A stretch of 64,000 nt of DNA from Ilumatobacteraceae bacterium (GCA_041394645.1 JAWKHV010000007.1:38879-102878); one strand, 5' to 3'. Shown: positions 20,232-30,778, counted from the stretch's first letter. The notes: generated by a model not told the origin, from the sequence alone. Numbers and translations are program-made.

Positions 20232-20743
20232 GCTCCGCCTCCTTGGCGCACGGCCACGGTCCGGGCGACGGCGTCGAGGATCCGGCCGTAGCCGGTACAG
20301 CGGCAGATGTTCCCGGACAACGCTTCGCGAACTTCGAGCTCGCTCGGCGAGGCGTTGTCCGCGAGCAACGCCTCGGTCGCCATGATCAGACCCGGCGTGC
20401 AGAAGCCGCACTGGACCGCGCCGGCCTCGACGAATGCCGTCTGGACGTCGTTCGGCACGCCGTTCGAGTCGAGCCCCTCGACGGTGGTGATCGCTTGGCC
20501 CTGGGCCGTGGCGGCGAGCACGAGACAGGCGCACACCAGCTCGCCGTCGATCAGGACCGAGCACGAACCGCACTCCCCTTGTTCGCACGCGCCCTTGGTG
20601 CCCGTCAGCCCGACTCGCTCACGCAACACGTAGAGGAGGCTCTCGTTGACCGAGGCGTCATGGACGTCGTGGACCGCTCCGTTGACGTTCAAGGTGTAGG
20701 TCAACGACTCGGGCGCGGTGCCCGCCGGGTCGTGGTCGGTCAT
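20228..20743 (-). CDS. [2Fe-2S]-binding small subunit of the xanthine dehydrogenase / CoxS family
   Basis: This is an intact 171-codon ORF. The cysteine motifs are CEQGECGSCSV and CGFCTPG...CRCTGY. It has ATGA overlaps with both neighbouring subunit genes. Confidence 0.9.
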   Translation of the reverse strand: MTDHDPAGTAPESLTYTLNVNGAVHDVHDASVNESLLYVLRERVGLTGTKGACEQGECGSCSVLIDGELVCACLVLAATAQGQAITTVEGLDSNGVPNDVQTAFVEAGAVQCGFCTPGLIMATEALLADNASPSELEVREALSGNICRCTGYGRILDAVARTVAVRQGGGA

Positions 20744-21598
20744 CGGTTCACGTCCTGATCGGCGAGTGGGGTGAATCCTCGGTGGAGGAGGCGGCGTGCG
20801 AGCACGCCGACGGCGTGGCGGCGATAGGCGGCAGTGGAGCGGTGGTCGTCGATCGGCGACGACGCCGCGGCGACCATGCGACCGAACTCCACGGCCACGT
20901 CGTCGGCGACGGTCCGCCCGTCCCAGTCGGCGTGGCTCGAGGCGAAGGCCTCGGCGTCGGGGCAACGGAGCGCGGTCGGCGCCACCGACCCCAGCGCGAC
21001 GGCGACTCGGCGGGCCTCGGTGTCGAGGGCGACGCAGGTGCTCGCGACGGCGATGACCATCGCGTTGCGGACCCCGACCTTGGCGTAGCCCTGCCAGCCG
21101 GTCCGGCGGGATGTCGATGGCGGTGATCAATTCGCCGGGGCCGAGGGCGTTGCGTTTGACCCCGACCATGAACTCCGAGACCGGCACCGAACGGGCGCCC
21201 GTTGCCAGGCCACGTGCACCACGGCATCGAGGGCGGCGAGAACCGGGGGTGTCGCCCGCCGGCGAGCAGGTCCCGAGATTCCCGCCGATGGTGCCGAACC
21301 GGCGGATCTGGGGCGACCCGACCGTCCTGCTCGCCTCGGCGAGCGCGGGAGTCTGGGCGGCGACGTCGCCGGTCAGCAGTTTGGTAGCGGACTCAGCGCC
21401 GATCGACACGACGCTGGGATCGATCCGGATCGAACGCAGATCGGCGACGGCCCGCAGCGGGATGACGTCGCCGAGGTGACGATGGCCGGCGTTCACCTCC
21501 ACCATCAGGTCCGTCCCGCCACTGAGCACGGTGGCGTCGGGGAAATCGGCGAGGGCGCGGAGCGCATCGTTCAGCGAGGTTGGTGTCACAACGGCCAT
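20740..21598 (-). pseudogene. FAD-binding medium subunit (CoxM/XdhB family) with about three frame changes (near 21245, 21195 and 21095)
   Basis: The N-terminal piece is MAVVTPTSLNDALRALADFPDATVLSGGTDLMVEVN...FGTIGGNLGTCSPAGD. The middle piece is SVPVSEFMVGVKRNALGPGELITAIDIP. The C-terminal piece is MVIAVASTCVALDTE...STAAYRRHAVGVLARRLL (20740-21060). One break is at a G5 run (21245-21249). Confidence 0.8.
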
Positions 21599-21730
21599 GG
21601 CGGGGCGCACTTTACAATTCGTCAAGGCGAACCGGCGGGCGCATCGGTCGGGAGTTCGATCCCGTCACTCGACATTCACACACCCGGACGGACGCCGGCC
21701 TGGTCGTCGGCAAGCGCGAAACTCCTCGCC

Positions 21731-22629
21731 ATGGAGTCTTCGTCCTCGCCGACCTCGGACCTGCGCATGGCGAAGCTCGTGCAGGAATGCGCCGCTGAAG
21801 CCCGCCGCGGCGTTCGAGTGCGACATCGCCGCCGGAACCTCGACCGACGCCGAGGCCCAGGCCGCGCTGCGGGGCGTGATCGAGCAGCTCGAGGCGCTGG
21901 CCGTCGGCCTGCGGGGCGAATTGGGTCTGTTCGACACCGTGCGCTTGCGCTCGCTCGCGAGCTTCGGCGGCGCGCTGCGTCGGCCGCCGAGGAGGTCCTC
22001 GACCGCCACGCCACGAACGAGGACCGACTGCGGGCCCGGGCCTCGGCCCTGCGGGCGAGCGAGCGGGTCGAGACCCTCCGCCGAGCGTTGCGCAGCCTGT
22101 CCGTGGCTCGGCCCCGTCGGGCGCGGTGTCCCCGTGGCCGGGTTCGGTGCATCGGCCCGGCGGGACCGTCGAGGAGCTGACACCGCTCGATGCGTCGCCG
22201 CGCCCGCCGGCCCTCGATGCGTCGCGCCGTCCGAGCAGTCCGCCTGCCGTCGCTCCCACCATCTCGCAACCGATGTCGGAACCGATGGCGCAACCGGACG
22301 ACTCCTGGTCGCGGGACCGGACACCTGTGTTCGGCGAACCGGCCCCGGAGCGAGCTGCGCCCAGGCCCGCGATCGAACAGACCGCGCCGGTGGTGCTGGG
22401 TGGTCACGACGCCACGAACTGGTCGGGATCCGACCGGGATCACCCGGGCGAGGCGCCACCGACCGAGGTATTGGCCACGGTCCCGACCGAGCCCGCACCG
22501 AGCACCGCGCCGCCTGGCTGGTACGACGACCCGAGCGGCCGCAACGACCTGAGGATGTGGGACGGCAACGGGTGGACGGATCAGGTCGTGCGCAACGGGG
22601 TCCGCGCCGTCGACGCCGCCGTGCCCTGA
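21731..22629 (+). pseudogene. Protein with a C-terminal DUF2510 domain and an N-terminal coiled-coil-like part; the upstream part appears spread over three frames
   Basis: The clear C-terminal motif is APPGWYDDPSGRNDLRMWDGNGWTDQVV, in the ORF 22126-22629. Upstream helical segments lie in other frames (AEAQAALRGVIEQLEALAVGLRGELGLFDTVRLRSLASF, SAAEEVLDRHATNEDRLRARASALRASERVETLRRALRSL). The N-terminal boundary is uncertain. Confidence 0.5.
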
Positions 22630-22661
22630 TCGACGCTGCTCGGCGTCGATCGACGCAGTGC

Positions 22662-23471
22662 TCAGTCGAGCGGTGCGACGACCAGCCCCTCGAGCCCGGC
22701 CTCGGGTTCGGGGAGCTGCGGGTCGATGGCTTCGAGCGCGTCCACGAGGATGCGGGCAACCGCCAGGTTCCGGACCCACTTGCGGTCCGCCGGCACCACG
22801 TACCACGGGCAGTCGTCGGTGCTGGTGCGTTCGAGGGCGTCGCGGTACGCCGCCCGGTAGTCGTCCCAGAGGGCCCGATCGTCGAGATCGCCGAGCCGGA
22901 ACTTCCACTGCTCCTCGGGATCGTCGATCCGATCCTGGAAGCGGGCCCGCTGCTCCTCGGCGGATACGTTCAGAAAGATCTTGACGACCTTGGTGCCTTC
23001 GTCCGTCAGCAGCTGCTCGAAGTGGCGGATGTGGTCGTAGCGGCGCTTCCAGCGGGACTCGGGGACGAACTGCTTGACCCGCACCACGAGCACGTCTTCG
23101 TAGTGCGAACGGTTGAACACGCCGATCTCTCCGGTTCCGGGGCAGGCGGCGTGAACCCGCCAGAGGTAGTCCTGCTTGACCTCGCGACCCGACGGCACCC
23201 GGAACCCGGTCACCTTCACCCCGGCCGGATTGAGCCCGGTGAAGACCGAGCGGATGGTGCCGTCCTTGCCGGCGGCGTCGAAGGCCTGGAGCACCACGAG
23301 CAGCGCCCGCCGTTCCTCGGCGAACAACCGGGCCTGCAGCACCGCGGCGCGCTCCATCACGGTGACGAGCTCGGCCTTGGCGGCTTCCTTCTCCCACCCG
23401 AACGTCTCGCGGGGATCGAAGTCGTCGAGATCGAGGTCGTGGTCGGGCCGAACGCGGATCTTGTCGAGCAC
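22662..23471 (-). CDS. ppk2: Polyphosphate kinase 2 family protein (polyphosphate:nucleotide phosphotransferase)
   Basis: This is an intact 269-codon ORF. The Walker A-like segment is VVLQAFDAAGKDGTI. Other family segments are FNRSHYEDVLVVRV, FLNVSAEEQRARFQDRIDDPEEQWKF and PWYVVPADRKWVRNLAVA. Confidence 0.9.
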   Translation of the reverse strand: MLDKIRVRPDHDLDLDDFDPRETFGWEKEAAKAELVTVMERAAVLQARLFAEERRALLVVLQAFDAAGKDGTIRSVFTGLNPAGVKVTGFRVPSGREVKQDYLWRVHAACPGTGEIGVFNRSHYEDVLVVRVKQFVPESRWKRRYDHIRHFEQLLTDEGTKVVKIFLNVSAEEQRARFQDRIDDPEEQWKFRLGDLDDRALWDDYRAAYRDALERTSTDDCPWYVVPADRKWVRNLAVARILVDALEAIDPQLPEPEAGLEGLVVAPLD

Positions 23472-23481
23472 GGCGGCGAGG

Positions 23482-23859
23482 CTAGCTGTCTTCGCTGAGT
23501 CGGTGTCCGACGTACGGACAGTGGCGGCAGCCGGCGTTGCAGCAGTAGCCGCGGTCGCGCAGGTACACCGCCGTCATCACGCTGTAGCCCGTGGCCGGAT
23601 CGAGGTAGGTGGACAACCCTGCGTCACACGCCCGCCGGTGCAGCTCGAGCACGGCATCGCGAGCAGGGGCATCGGCGGCGAATCGGCTCGGGTGCGGCTC
23701 GGTCCAGTCGGGGCGCAACCCGTTGCCCGGCTGGTTGCGCAACCCGGCGCGCCGCTCCTCGGGAGAAGGGCGTTCCGGCACAGAACCCCACCATAACGCT
23801 GCTATTGCGGCGGTCCGCCGGCCCGCTTGCGAGAAATCCTCCTCATCGGAAGGCTCCAC
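23482..23859 (-). CDS. DUF5522-type small protein with a C-terminal cysteine cluster
   Basis: This is an intact 125-codon ORF. Its C-terminal signature is GYSVMTAVYLRDRGYCCNAGCRHCPY. Confidence 0.65.
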   Translation of the reverse strand: MEPSDEEDFSQAGRRTAAIAALWWGSVPERPSPEERRAGLRNQPGNGLRPDWTEPHPSRFAADAPARDAVLELHRRACDAGLSTYLDPATGYSVMTAVYLRDRGYCCNAGCRHCPYVGHRLSEDS

Positions 23860-23860
23860 G

Positions 23861-23890
23861 TTGACATCGTGTCGAATAGCGCCGTACGTT
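23861..23890 (+). promoter_or_regulatory. Candidate housekeeping-type promoter for the ABC importer operon
   Basis: It has TTGACA (23861-23866), an 18-nt spacer, then TACGTT (23885-23890, fitting TANNNT). The inverted repeat GTCAC-atcac-GTGAC (23916-23930, containing the palindrome TCACGTGA) lies between it and the start codon and could be an operator. Confidence 0.3.
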
Positions 23891-23970
23891 GATCCCCGAG
23901 ATTGCTGTGTCCTGCGTCACATCACGTGACCGGGGTGGCCGGGATCGGCTCGCACAATCGGTCCATTGGG

Positions 23971-25764
23971 ATGACACAAGGGGGAAGCGTGCGACACACG
24001 CAGTCAACGAGGCGCCATCGACGCGCCGCACTGGCGACACTGCTCGCGGTTGGCCTGATCGCCACCGCGTGCGGTGGCAGCGATGGTGGTGACGATTCGT
24101 CGTCGAACACCACCGCGACCACCGCCGCCGAGAGCGGCGATTCGGGCAGCACCGAGACCACGGAGGCCCAGGCGACCACCACGGCCGCGCCGCCCACCAC
24201 GGCCGCCGAGGAGGCCGACCTCACGCCGGTGCCCGGCGGCGACCTCGTCATGGCGATCGAGGCCGAGTCCTCGTCTCCGTGGCGTCCGGCCGAGACCGGC
24301 TGTGCCATCTCGTGTCACCAGATCATGCGCTCGGTGTACGACACCCTCGCCGTGCCCGGGGCCGACAACCTGCCCCACCCGTACCTCGCCTCGGCCATCA
24401 CGCCGAACGAGGACTTCACCGTGTGGACGATCACCGCCCGCGACGGGGTCAAGTTCCACGACGGCACCGACTTCGACGGCGCGGCGATCGTGGAGAACCT
24501 CAGCCGCCACAAGACGGCGCTGCTCACCGGCCCGGCGATCATGTCGGTCACCGACATCTCGCTCGATCCGAACGATCCGATGAGCGCGGTGGTGACGGTC
24601 TCCAAGCCGTGGGCCACGTTCCCGTTCTACCTGACGGGTCAGCTCGGCTACATGGCGTCGCCCACGTGGTTGGCGGCGTCGGACACCGACGAGGCGCTGC
24701 GGGCCAAGCCCGTGGGCACCGGGCCGTTCATCTTCGAGGACTACGTCCCGAACGAGTACTTCAAGGCCAAGAAGAACCCGGACTACTGGAACAAGCCGTA
24801 TCCGTACCTCGATTCGATCGAGTTCCGTCCCATCGCCGACGGCCTGACCCGTCGTGACGCCCTCAAGGCTGGTGACGTCGATCTGATCCACACCAGCAAC
24901 TACGAGACCCAGAAGGAATTCGAGGACAATCCGGACGAGTACCCGATGACGCTGATCTCCTACAAGGGAGAGACGGGCTACACCCTGTTGCACGTGACCC
25001 AGGAGGGTTCGCCGCTCAACGACCAGCGCGTGCGTTGCGCCCTGGCCAACGCCAGCGATTCGCAGCTGATCATCGACACGATCTACGCCGGTGTGCCGCA
25101 GCTCGCGAACGGTCCGTTCTCGCCCAGCCAGGTCGGCTACCTCGAGGACTCGGGCTACCCGGTCAAGCAGGACATGGAGAAGGCCAAGGCGCTCATCGCC
25201 GAGTACAAGGCCGAGAACCCGGGCCCGCTGACCCTGGCCCTCGCCACCACCAACGACCAGACCAACCTGGTCGTGGCCAACTTCCAGAAGCAGTGGTTCG
25301 AGGAAGCCGGGATCGACGAGGTCACCATCGACCAGATCGACCAGGGCCAGTACATCGTGGTCGCCCTGCTCGGTAACTTCCAGGTGTTCCAGTGGCGCCA
25401 ACACGGCGGCATCGACCTCGACCAGCAGTACTTCTGGTGGCACTCCGAGGACGCCTTGCCGGTGGGCACGCTGGCGCTCAACTTCGGGCGCATCAAGGAC
25501 CCCAACCTCGATGCCCTGCTCGACGCCAACCGGGCCTCGACCGATCCGGCCGAGAAGCAGCAGATCGCCGAGGACGTCAACCGGCTCTTCGGTGAGCAGT
25601 GCTACAACCTGTGGGGCAACTGGACCCGCTGGGCCCTGCCGCACAAGCCGGGCATCCACGGGCTCGAGGCGGTCAACCTGAGCCTTCCCGACGGAGGCAC
25701 GGGGCTGGAGGGCGCCGGCATCGCCGGTACCTACTACCCGCAGACCGTCTGGATGGAGCAGTGA
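23971..25764 (+). CDS. ABC transporter substrate-binding lipoprotein, peptide/nickel (family 5, DppA/OppA-like)
   Basis: The lipobox is LLAVGLIATACGG after a basic N-terminus, followed by a Thr/Ala-rich linker. The family-5 SBP body includes KFHDGTDFDGAAIVENL and GTGPFIFEDYVPNEYFKAKKNPDYW. An alternative GTG start at 23989 follows AGGGGGA. Confidence 0.85.
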   Translation: MTQGGSVRHTQSTRRHRRAALATLLAVGLIATACGGSDGGDDSSSNTTATTAAESGDSGSTETTEAQATTTAAPPTTAAEEADLTPVPGGDLVMAIEAESSSPWRPAETGCAISCHQIMRSVYDTLAVPGADNLPHPYLASAITPNEDFTVWTITARDGVKFHDGTDFDGAAIVENLSRHKTALLTGPAIMSVTDISLDPNDPMSAVVTVSKPWATFPFYLTGQLGYMASPTWLAASDTDEALRAKPVGTGPFIFEDYVPNEYFKAKKNPDYWNKPYPYLDSIEFRPIADGLTRRDALKAGDVDLIHTSNYETQKEFEDNPDEYPMTLISYKGETGYTLLHVTQEGSPLNDQRVRCALANASDSQLIIDTIYAGVPQLANGPFSPSQVGYLEDSGYPVKQDMEKAKALIAEYKAENPGPLTLALATTNDQTNLVVANFQKQWFEEAGIDEVTIDQIDQGQYIVVALLGNFQVFQWRQHGGIDLDQQYFWWHSEDALPVGTLALNFGRIKDPNLDALLDANRASTDPAEKQQIAEDVNRLFGEQCYNLWGNWTRWALPHKPGIHGLEAVNLSLPDGGTGLEGAGIAGTYYPQTVWMEQ

Positions 25765-25900
25765 CCCTGCTCGATTGACCGGTGCGACCGGTCCTGAGGC
25801 CCATCAGCCCAGGACCGGTCATCCGTTCGGTGCGAGCGGCGCTGCGCCGCTCGCACCACCTGGTTCTGTTCATTCGTCGGTCGAAGGAGGCCGCCGCCTC

Positions 25901-26866
25901 ATGCGGTATGTCGGACGCAAGTTGATCCAGCTCGTGATCGTGTTGATCGCCGTCACGTTCACGGTGTCGGTCGCGTTGAACGCCATCCCGAATGCGAAGG
26001 AGCGGGTGATCGCCGCTCGTGGCATGGGAGCCACGAACGAAGCCGAGAAGCAGGCGTTGCTGGACTCGCTCCATCTCAACGACTCCATCCCGGTGCAGTA
26101 CATGAACTTCCTCAAGGACTTCGCCACCGGCAACTGGGGGGTGACCCTCAACGGCAACGAGCCGATCAGCTCGGCCATCTGGGGCGGTCTGCAGATCTCG
26201 CTGCGGTTGATGATCTACGCCCAGTTCGTGGCCTTGCTGCTCGCCATCCCGACCGCATTGCTCGCGGCCTACCGCCAAGGCGGAGCCTTCGACCGGTTCA
26301 CCACCACGACGTCATTCGGCTTTCTCGCCACGCCGAACTACATCCTGGCGCCGGTCTTCATCTTGTTGTTCTCGATCCGCTTCAGGTGGTTCCCGACCCT
26401 GTCCAAGAACACCGGCTTCTTCGGCGATCCGGTCCAGCACTTCAAGGACTACTTCCTCCCGACCCTCTGTATCGCCTTACCCCTCGGCGCCACCTATCTC
26501 CGGTTGTTGCGCTCCGACCTGATCGGGACGCTGCAGAGCGACTTCATCACCACGGCGCGGGCCAAGGGCATGAGCACCTCGCGGATCCTGTTCGTGCACG
26601 CCTTGCGACCATCGCTGTTCTCACTCGTCACCGCGGCCGCCGTCAACGTCGGTGCCCTCGTCGGTGGATCCCTCGTCGTCGAGACGGCCTTCAGCCTCAA
26701 TGGTCTGGGCCGCAAGACCGTCGTGGGCATCTTCTCGGCCGAGTTCCGCCTGGTGCAGATCACCGTGGTGGTCCTCGCCTCCATCTACGTCATCGTCAAC
26801 TTCCTGGTCGACATCTCCTACGCCTGGATCGATCCCCGTGTGCGGCACGCCCGCACCCTGAGCTGA
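25901..26866 (+). CDS. ABC transporter permease (DppB/OppB-like)
   Basis: The ATG is preceded by GAAGGAGG (25883-25890). The protein starts MRYVGRKLIQLVIVLIAVTFTV. The EAA-loop region is DFITTARAKGMSTSRILFVHALRPSL. Confidence 0.9.
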   Translation: MRYVGRKLIQLVIVLIAVTFTVSVALNAIPNAKERVIAARGMGATNEAEKQALLDSLHLNDSIPVQYMNFLKDFATGNWGVTLNGNEPISSAIWGGLQISLRLMIYAQFVALLLAIPTALLAAYRQGGAFDRFTTTTSFGFLATPNYILAPVFILLFSIRFRWFPTLSKNTGFFGDPVQHFKDYFLPTLCIALPLGATYLRLLRSDLIGTLQSDFITTARAKGMSTSRILFVHALRPSLFSLVTAAAVNVGALVGGSLVVETAFSLNGLGRKTVVGIFSAEFRLVQITVVVLASIYVIVNFLVDISYAWIDPRVRHARTLS

Positions 26867-26873
26867 GGCCGTC

Positions 26874-27914
26874 ATGAGCGTCATCCACCCCACCGACGAC
26901 GCCGTTCCGTCGGCATCCGACCCCAACGAGCTCCCCGAGGAGCAGCCCGTCGCGCCGGCGGCCGCCAAGGTCCGCATGCGCAAGCGAGGCCAGATCACCA
27001 AGTGGTTGGCCATCATCTGGCTGGCCGCCCTCACCTTCACCGCGATCGGAGCGTCGTGGCTGCCGTACGTGAAGCACTCGTGCTCGCAGTACGCCAACGC
27101 CTCGGAGTGCTCGACCCACGTCAAGTCCAGCCCGCTGACGTTGGAGAAGCCGCCGGTGTGGGCGACCTTCTCGAAGTCGGCGCTGCCCAGCTTCCCCGGT
27201 GCCAAGGATCGCGTCGGCTGGTTCGGGACCGACTCCAACGGATTCGACATCTTCTCCCGCTCGATGTTCGGAGCCCGCAACTCGCTCCTCATCGGCTCGC
27301 TGTCGATCGTGTTCGGTCTGTTGATCGGCGGGCTGTTCGGCCTGCTCGCCGGGTACAAGGGGGGCCGGACCGACTCCATCATCGACACGATCATGAACGT
27401 GATGCTCGCCTTCCCGGCGTTGCTGCTGGCCATCTTCATCGTCGGCTTCTTCACCAACTCCAGTGCCGATGCCGCCAACAGCAGACCGATCTGGCCGGTC
27501 ATCTTCGCGCTCGTGATCCTGTCGATCCCGCCCCTGACCCGTCTGGTCCGGGCCAACACGATGATGTACGCCCAACGCGAGTTCGTCACCGCCGCCCGAT
27601 CGCTCGGCGCCGGTGGTCCCCGGATCGTGTTCCGGGAGATCCTGCCCAACGTGGTGCCCGCCATGTTGACCTTCGCCCTCACCGGAATGGCGATCCTGAT
27701 CGTGGCCGAGGGAGCCCTCGCCTACCTCGGACTCTCGGTCAGTGCGCCTACGCCGACGTGGGGCTCGATGATCTTCGGTGGTCAAAAGAAGCTGGAGACC
27801 GCGTGGTGGATCTCGATGATGCCTGCCATCACGATGTTCCTCACGGTCCTGTCGATCAACCTCCTCGGTGACGTCCTCGCCGAGCGCTTCCGGGTCCGGG
27901 AGGCCATCGGATGA
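26874..27914 (+). CDS. ABC transporter permease (DppC/OppC-like)
   Basis: This is an intact 346-codon ORF with multiple TM spans. The EAA-loop region is REFVTAARSLGAGGPRIVFREILPNV. Confidence 0.9.
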   Translation: MSVIHPTDDAVPSASDPNELPEEQPVAPAAAKVRMRKRGQITKWLAIIWLAALTFTAIGASWLPYVKHSCSQYANASECSTHVKSSPLTLEKPPVWATFSKSALPSFPGAKDRVGWFGTDSNGFDIFSRSMFGARNSLLIGSLSIVFGLLIGGLFGLLAGYKGGRTDSIIDTIMNVMLAFPALLLAIFIVGFFTNSSADAANSRPIWPVIFALVILSIPPLTRLVRANTMMYAQREFVTAARSLGAGGPRIVFREILPNVVPAMLTFALTGMAILIVAEGALAYLGLSVSAPTPTWGSMIFGGQKKLETAWWISMMPAITMFLTVLSINLLGDVLAERFRVREAIG

Positions 27915-28978
27915 ACCAGGCGATGACACGCCCGCAAGACGGCCGCCTGCTCGATGTCCAGAACATCTCCACGGCATTCCGGACCGAACGCGGTCTGGTG
28001 CGAGCAGTCGACGACGTCTCGTTCACGCTGGACCGTGGCAAGGTGCTCGGGATCGTCGGTGAGTCCGGATCCGGCAAGACGATCCTGTCCCGGTCGATCA
28101 TGGGGCTCCTCCCCCGACGCAACGTCGAGCGCAGCGGCAAGGTGTTCTTCGAAGGCATCGAGGTCTCGGCGATGTCGCTCAAGGAGCGGCGCGGGATCTG
28201 GGGCCGGGAGATGGCCATGGTCTTCCAGGACCCGATGACGTCGCTGAACCCGGTGATGAAGATCGGCCGTCAGCTCTCCGAGCCGCTCCAGAAGCACCTG
28301 GACATGAACCGGGAGACGGCGCTGGCCACCGCCGAGCGATTGCTCGCCGACGTCGGCATCCCCGAGCCCAAGCGCCGCCTGGAGCAGTACCCGCACGAGT
28401 TGTCCGGCGGCATGCGCCAGCGTGTCGTCATCGCCATGGGACTGGCGTGCGGGCCCACGTTGCTGTTCGCCGATGAGCCGACCACCGCGCTGGATGTCAC
28501 GGTGCAGGCCCAGATCCTCGATCTGCTCGGCGAGCAACGCCGCGACCGGAACATGTCGATGATCCTCGTCACCCACGACCTCGGCGTGGTGGCCAACCAC
28601 ACCGACGACATCATCGTGATGTACGCCGGCCAGATCGTGGAACGGGCGCCGACGAGCGAGCTGTTCGCGAACATGAAGATGCCGTACACCGAGGCACTCA
28701 TGCGCAGCATCCCGAAGCTGGACTCGCCCTCGCACACCCGGCTCGAGGCCATCGGTGGGCGCCCGCCGGACCTGGTCCACCCGCCGGCCGGTTGCCGCTT
28801 CGCCCCGCGCTGCGCCTACGTGCAGCCGAAGTGCCAGACCGACCCGCCCCCGCTGACCGAGATCGGGGCGTCGCGACACTCGTACCGCTGCTGGTACCCG
28901 GTCGGCTCCGACGTCTGGAAGGCCGTCAACGTACGCCGTAACGAAGAACCGGGGCTCAGCTCCGTAGGAGGGAACTGA
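27911..28978 (+). CDS. ABC transporter ATP-binding protein (DppD/OppD-like)
   Basis: The Walker A is GESGSGKT, the signature is LSGGMRQRV and the Walker B is LLFADEPTTALD. The oligopeptide C-terminal region has PPAGCRFAPRC. It has an ATGA overlap with the upstream permease. Confidence 0.9.
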   Translation: MNQAMTRPQDGRLLDVQNISTAFRTERGLVRAVDDVSFTLDRGKVLGIVGESGSGKTILSRSIMGLLPRRNVERSGKVFFEGIEVSAMSLKERRGIWGREMAMVFQDPMTSLNPVMKIGRQLSEPLQKHLDMNRETALATAERLLADVGIPEPKRRLEQYPHELSGGMRQRVVIAMGLACGPTLLFADEPTTALDVTVQAQILDLLGEQRRDRNMSMILVTHDLGVVANHTDDIIVMYAGQIVERAPTSELFANMKMPYTEALMRSIPKLDSPSHTRLEAIGGRPPDLVHPPAGCRFAPRCAYVQPKCQTDPPPLTEIGASRHSYRCWYPVGSDVWKAVNVRRNEEPGLSSVGGN

Positions 28979-29988
28979 TGGCCGGCACCGGCAAGGCGCA
29001 CCTGCACGAGGCCGACGAGACGCTGTTGCGGGTCGAGGACCTCGTGGTGGAGTTCCCCGTCGGCCGAACAGGGCTGAAGGTGAACGCGGTGAGCGGCATC
29101 TCCTTCGACGTGCTCCCGGGCGAGACGCTCGGGCTCGTCGGCGAATCCGGTTGTGGGAAGTCCACGACGGGTCGGGCCATCATGCAGCTCCCTCGGCCCA
29201 CCAGCGGACACATCACGTTCTCGGGGCAGGAACTGACCGCGCTGTCGGCCGACGACATGCGCAAGGCGCGCACCAACATCCAGATGATCTTCCAGGACCC
29301 GATCTCGTCGCTCAACCCGCGGCGCAAGGTCCGCGACATCGTGATGGAGCCGCTCAACATCTGGAAGATCGGGACCAAGGAAGAGCGCTTGGCCAAGGTC
29401 GACCAGACCCTCGAGGAAGTGGGCATCGACCCTCAGCGCGCCGCGGAGAGCCAGCCCCACCAGTTCTCCGGCGGACAGTGCCAGCGCATCTCGATCGCCC
29501 GAGCCCTGGTGCTCGATCCGAAGATGATCATCTGCGACGAACCCGTCTCCGCCCTCGACGTCAGCGTCCAGGCCCAGGTGTTGAACCTGCTCGAGGACCT
29601 CAAGGCGTCGCGCGATCTCACCCTCATCTTCATCGCCCACGACCTCGCCGTGGTGAAGAACATCTCCGACCGGGTGGCGGTCATGTACCTCGGCAAGGTG
29701 TGCGAGGTCGCGCCGGCCGACGAGCTGTATCGGGCGCCGTTGCATCCGTACACCGACGTGCTGCTGTCCTCGATCCCCGAGCCGGACCCGGCTGCGGCGA
29801 CCCGGGAACGCAAGCGCATCGATGGTGAGCCGCCGTCGCCGGTGTTGCCGCCGTCGGGCTGCCGGTTCCGGACTCGTTGTCCGCGGGCTCAGGAACGCTG
29901 CGCCGCCGAGGAGCCGCAACTGACCGGAGCGACGTCCGGTCACTACGTGGCCTGCCACTTCCCACTCGACGTCGGAGTGGGCGACTAG
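28978..29988 (+). CDS. ABC transporter ATP-binding protein (DppF/OppF-like)
   Basis: The Walker A is GESGCGKST, the signature is FSGGQCQRI and the Walker B is MIICDEPVSALD. The C-terminal region has PPSGCRFRTRC. Confidence 0.9.
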   Translation: MAGTGKAHLHEADETLLRVEDLVVEFPVGRTGLKVNAVSGISFDVLPGETLGLVGESGCGKSTTGRAIMQLPRPTSGHITFSGQELTALSADDMRKARTNIQMIFQDPISSLNPRRKVRDIVMEPLNIWKIGTKEERLAKVDQTLEEVGIDPQRAAESQPHQFSGGQCQRISIARALVLDPKMIICDEPVSALDVSVQAQVLNLLEDLKASRDLTLIFIAHDLAVVKNISDRVAVMYLGKVCEVAPADELYRAPLHPYTDVLLSSIPEPDPAAATRERKRIDGEPPSPVLPPSGCRFRTRCPRAQERCAAEEPQLTGATSGHYVACHFPLDVGVGD

Positions 29989-30749
29989 TGGCTGCGCCGA
30001 GCCCGCTTCCTTCCTCCGGCGCGCTCACCCGCCGACGGCGGCTGGGGCGACAGGAACGTGAAGCGGAGATTCTCGGCGCTGCCATGCAGGTCTTCTCGGT
30101 CCGGGAGGCGTCGACGGTGACCGTCGACGAGATCGCCGAACACGCCGGGGTGTCGCGCGCGCTCGTGTACGAGTACTTCGGCGACCGCTCGAAGCTGCTC
30201 CACGAGGTGACCCGCCGCTTCGCCCGTCGCTTCAGCGAGCGGCTGAACGCTTCGGTCGACGAGGCCGACGGCTCGGCTCGCCAGTTGCTGATCTCCTTCG
30301 TCGGCGCCCACCTGAGCTTTGCGGCCGACGGCCCCGAGGCCTATCGGCTGGCCCTGGCCGATCCGTCCGGGGGCGTGGACTGGCTGGGCCGGTATTTCGG
30401 CGGCACCCCCGATGCCCGTCTGGTTGCCGCCGCGTCCGCGGAGGCGCTGCGGGCCTTCGTGCTGCAATGGGCCCAGGATCGCCAGGTCCCCATGGAACGG
30501 GCCCAGGAGCTCGCCGTGTCGTTCGTGAGCGGGGGTCTCGTCGCCGTTCGCCCCCTCGGCGTCAGGGCCCCGAGCCGTTCGGAGTGGCCCGGATGGCGAG
30601 ACGGGGTGGTTCGCCACCCCCCCCGATCGACGCGGGGTCTCGCTCGACGAGGAACCGTCCGACCTCCAGGACTCAGCGAGCGCCTGACCCGCCCCGAGGC
30701 AACGGCCCGACGCACGGCCCTGACGGTCGACCCTGACCTACGACCTTGA
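29988..30749 (+). CDS. TetR-family transcriptional regulator
   Basis: The GTG start overlaps the preceding stop by 1 nt. The HTH region is REAEILGAAMQVFSVREASTVTVDEIAEHAGVSRALVYEYFGDRSKLL. The last approximately 60 codons are R/P-rich, so the true C-terminus is uncertain. Confidence 0.7.
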   Translation: MAAPSPLPSSGALTRRRRLGRQEREAEILGAAMQVFSVREASTVTVDEIAEHAGVSRALVYEYFGDRSKLLHEVTRRFARRFSERLNASVDEADGSARQLLISFVGAHLSFAADGPEAYRLALADPSGGVDWLGRYFGGTPDARLVAAASAEALRAFVLQWAQDRQVPMERAQELAVSFVSGGLVAVRPLGVRAPSRSEWPGWRDGVVRHPPRSTRGLARRGTVRPPGLSERLTRPEATARRTALTVDPDLRP

Positions 30750-30778
30750 AGGTCGGCCGTGAGGTTCGATCGTCCGAG

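Noticed and set aside
21648-21673. A tRNA-like T-arm sequence (tcgggagttcgatcccgtcactcgac) in the intergenic region upstream of the CoxM-like gene
   Set aside because: I could not fold a cloverleaf. The stem around the TTCGAT loop does not pair canonically. There is no matching 5' acceptor strand or anticodon arm in the preceding 60 nt, and no integrase nearby. At most it is a degenerate tRNA 3' remnant.
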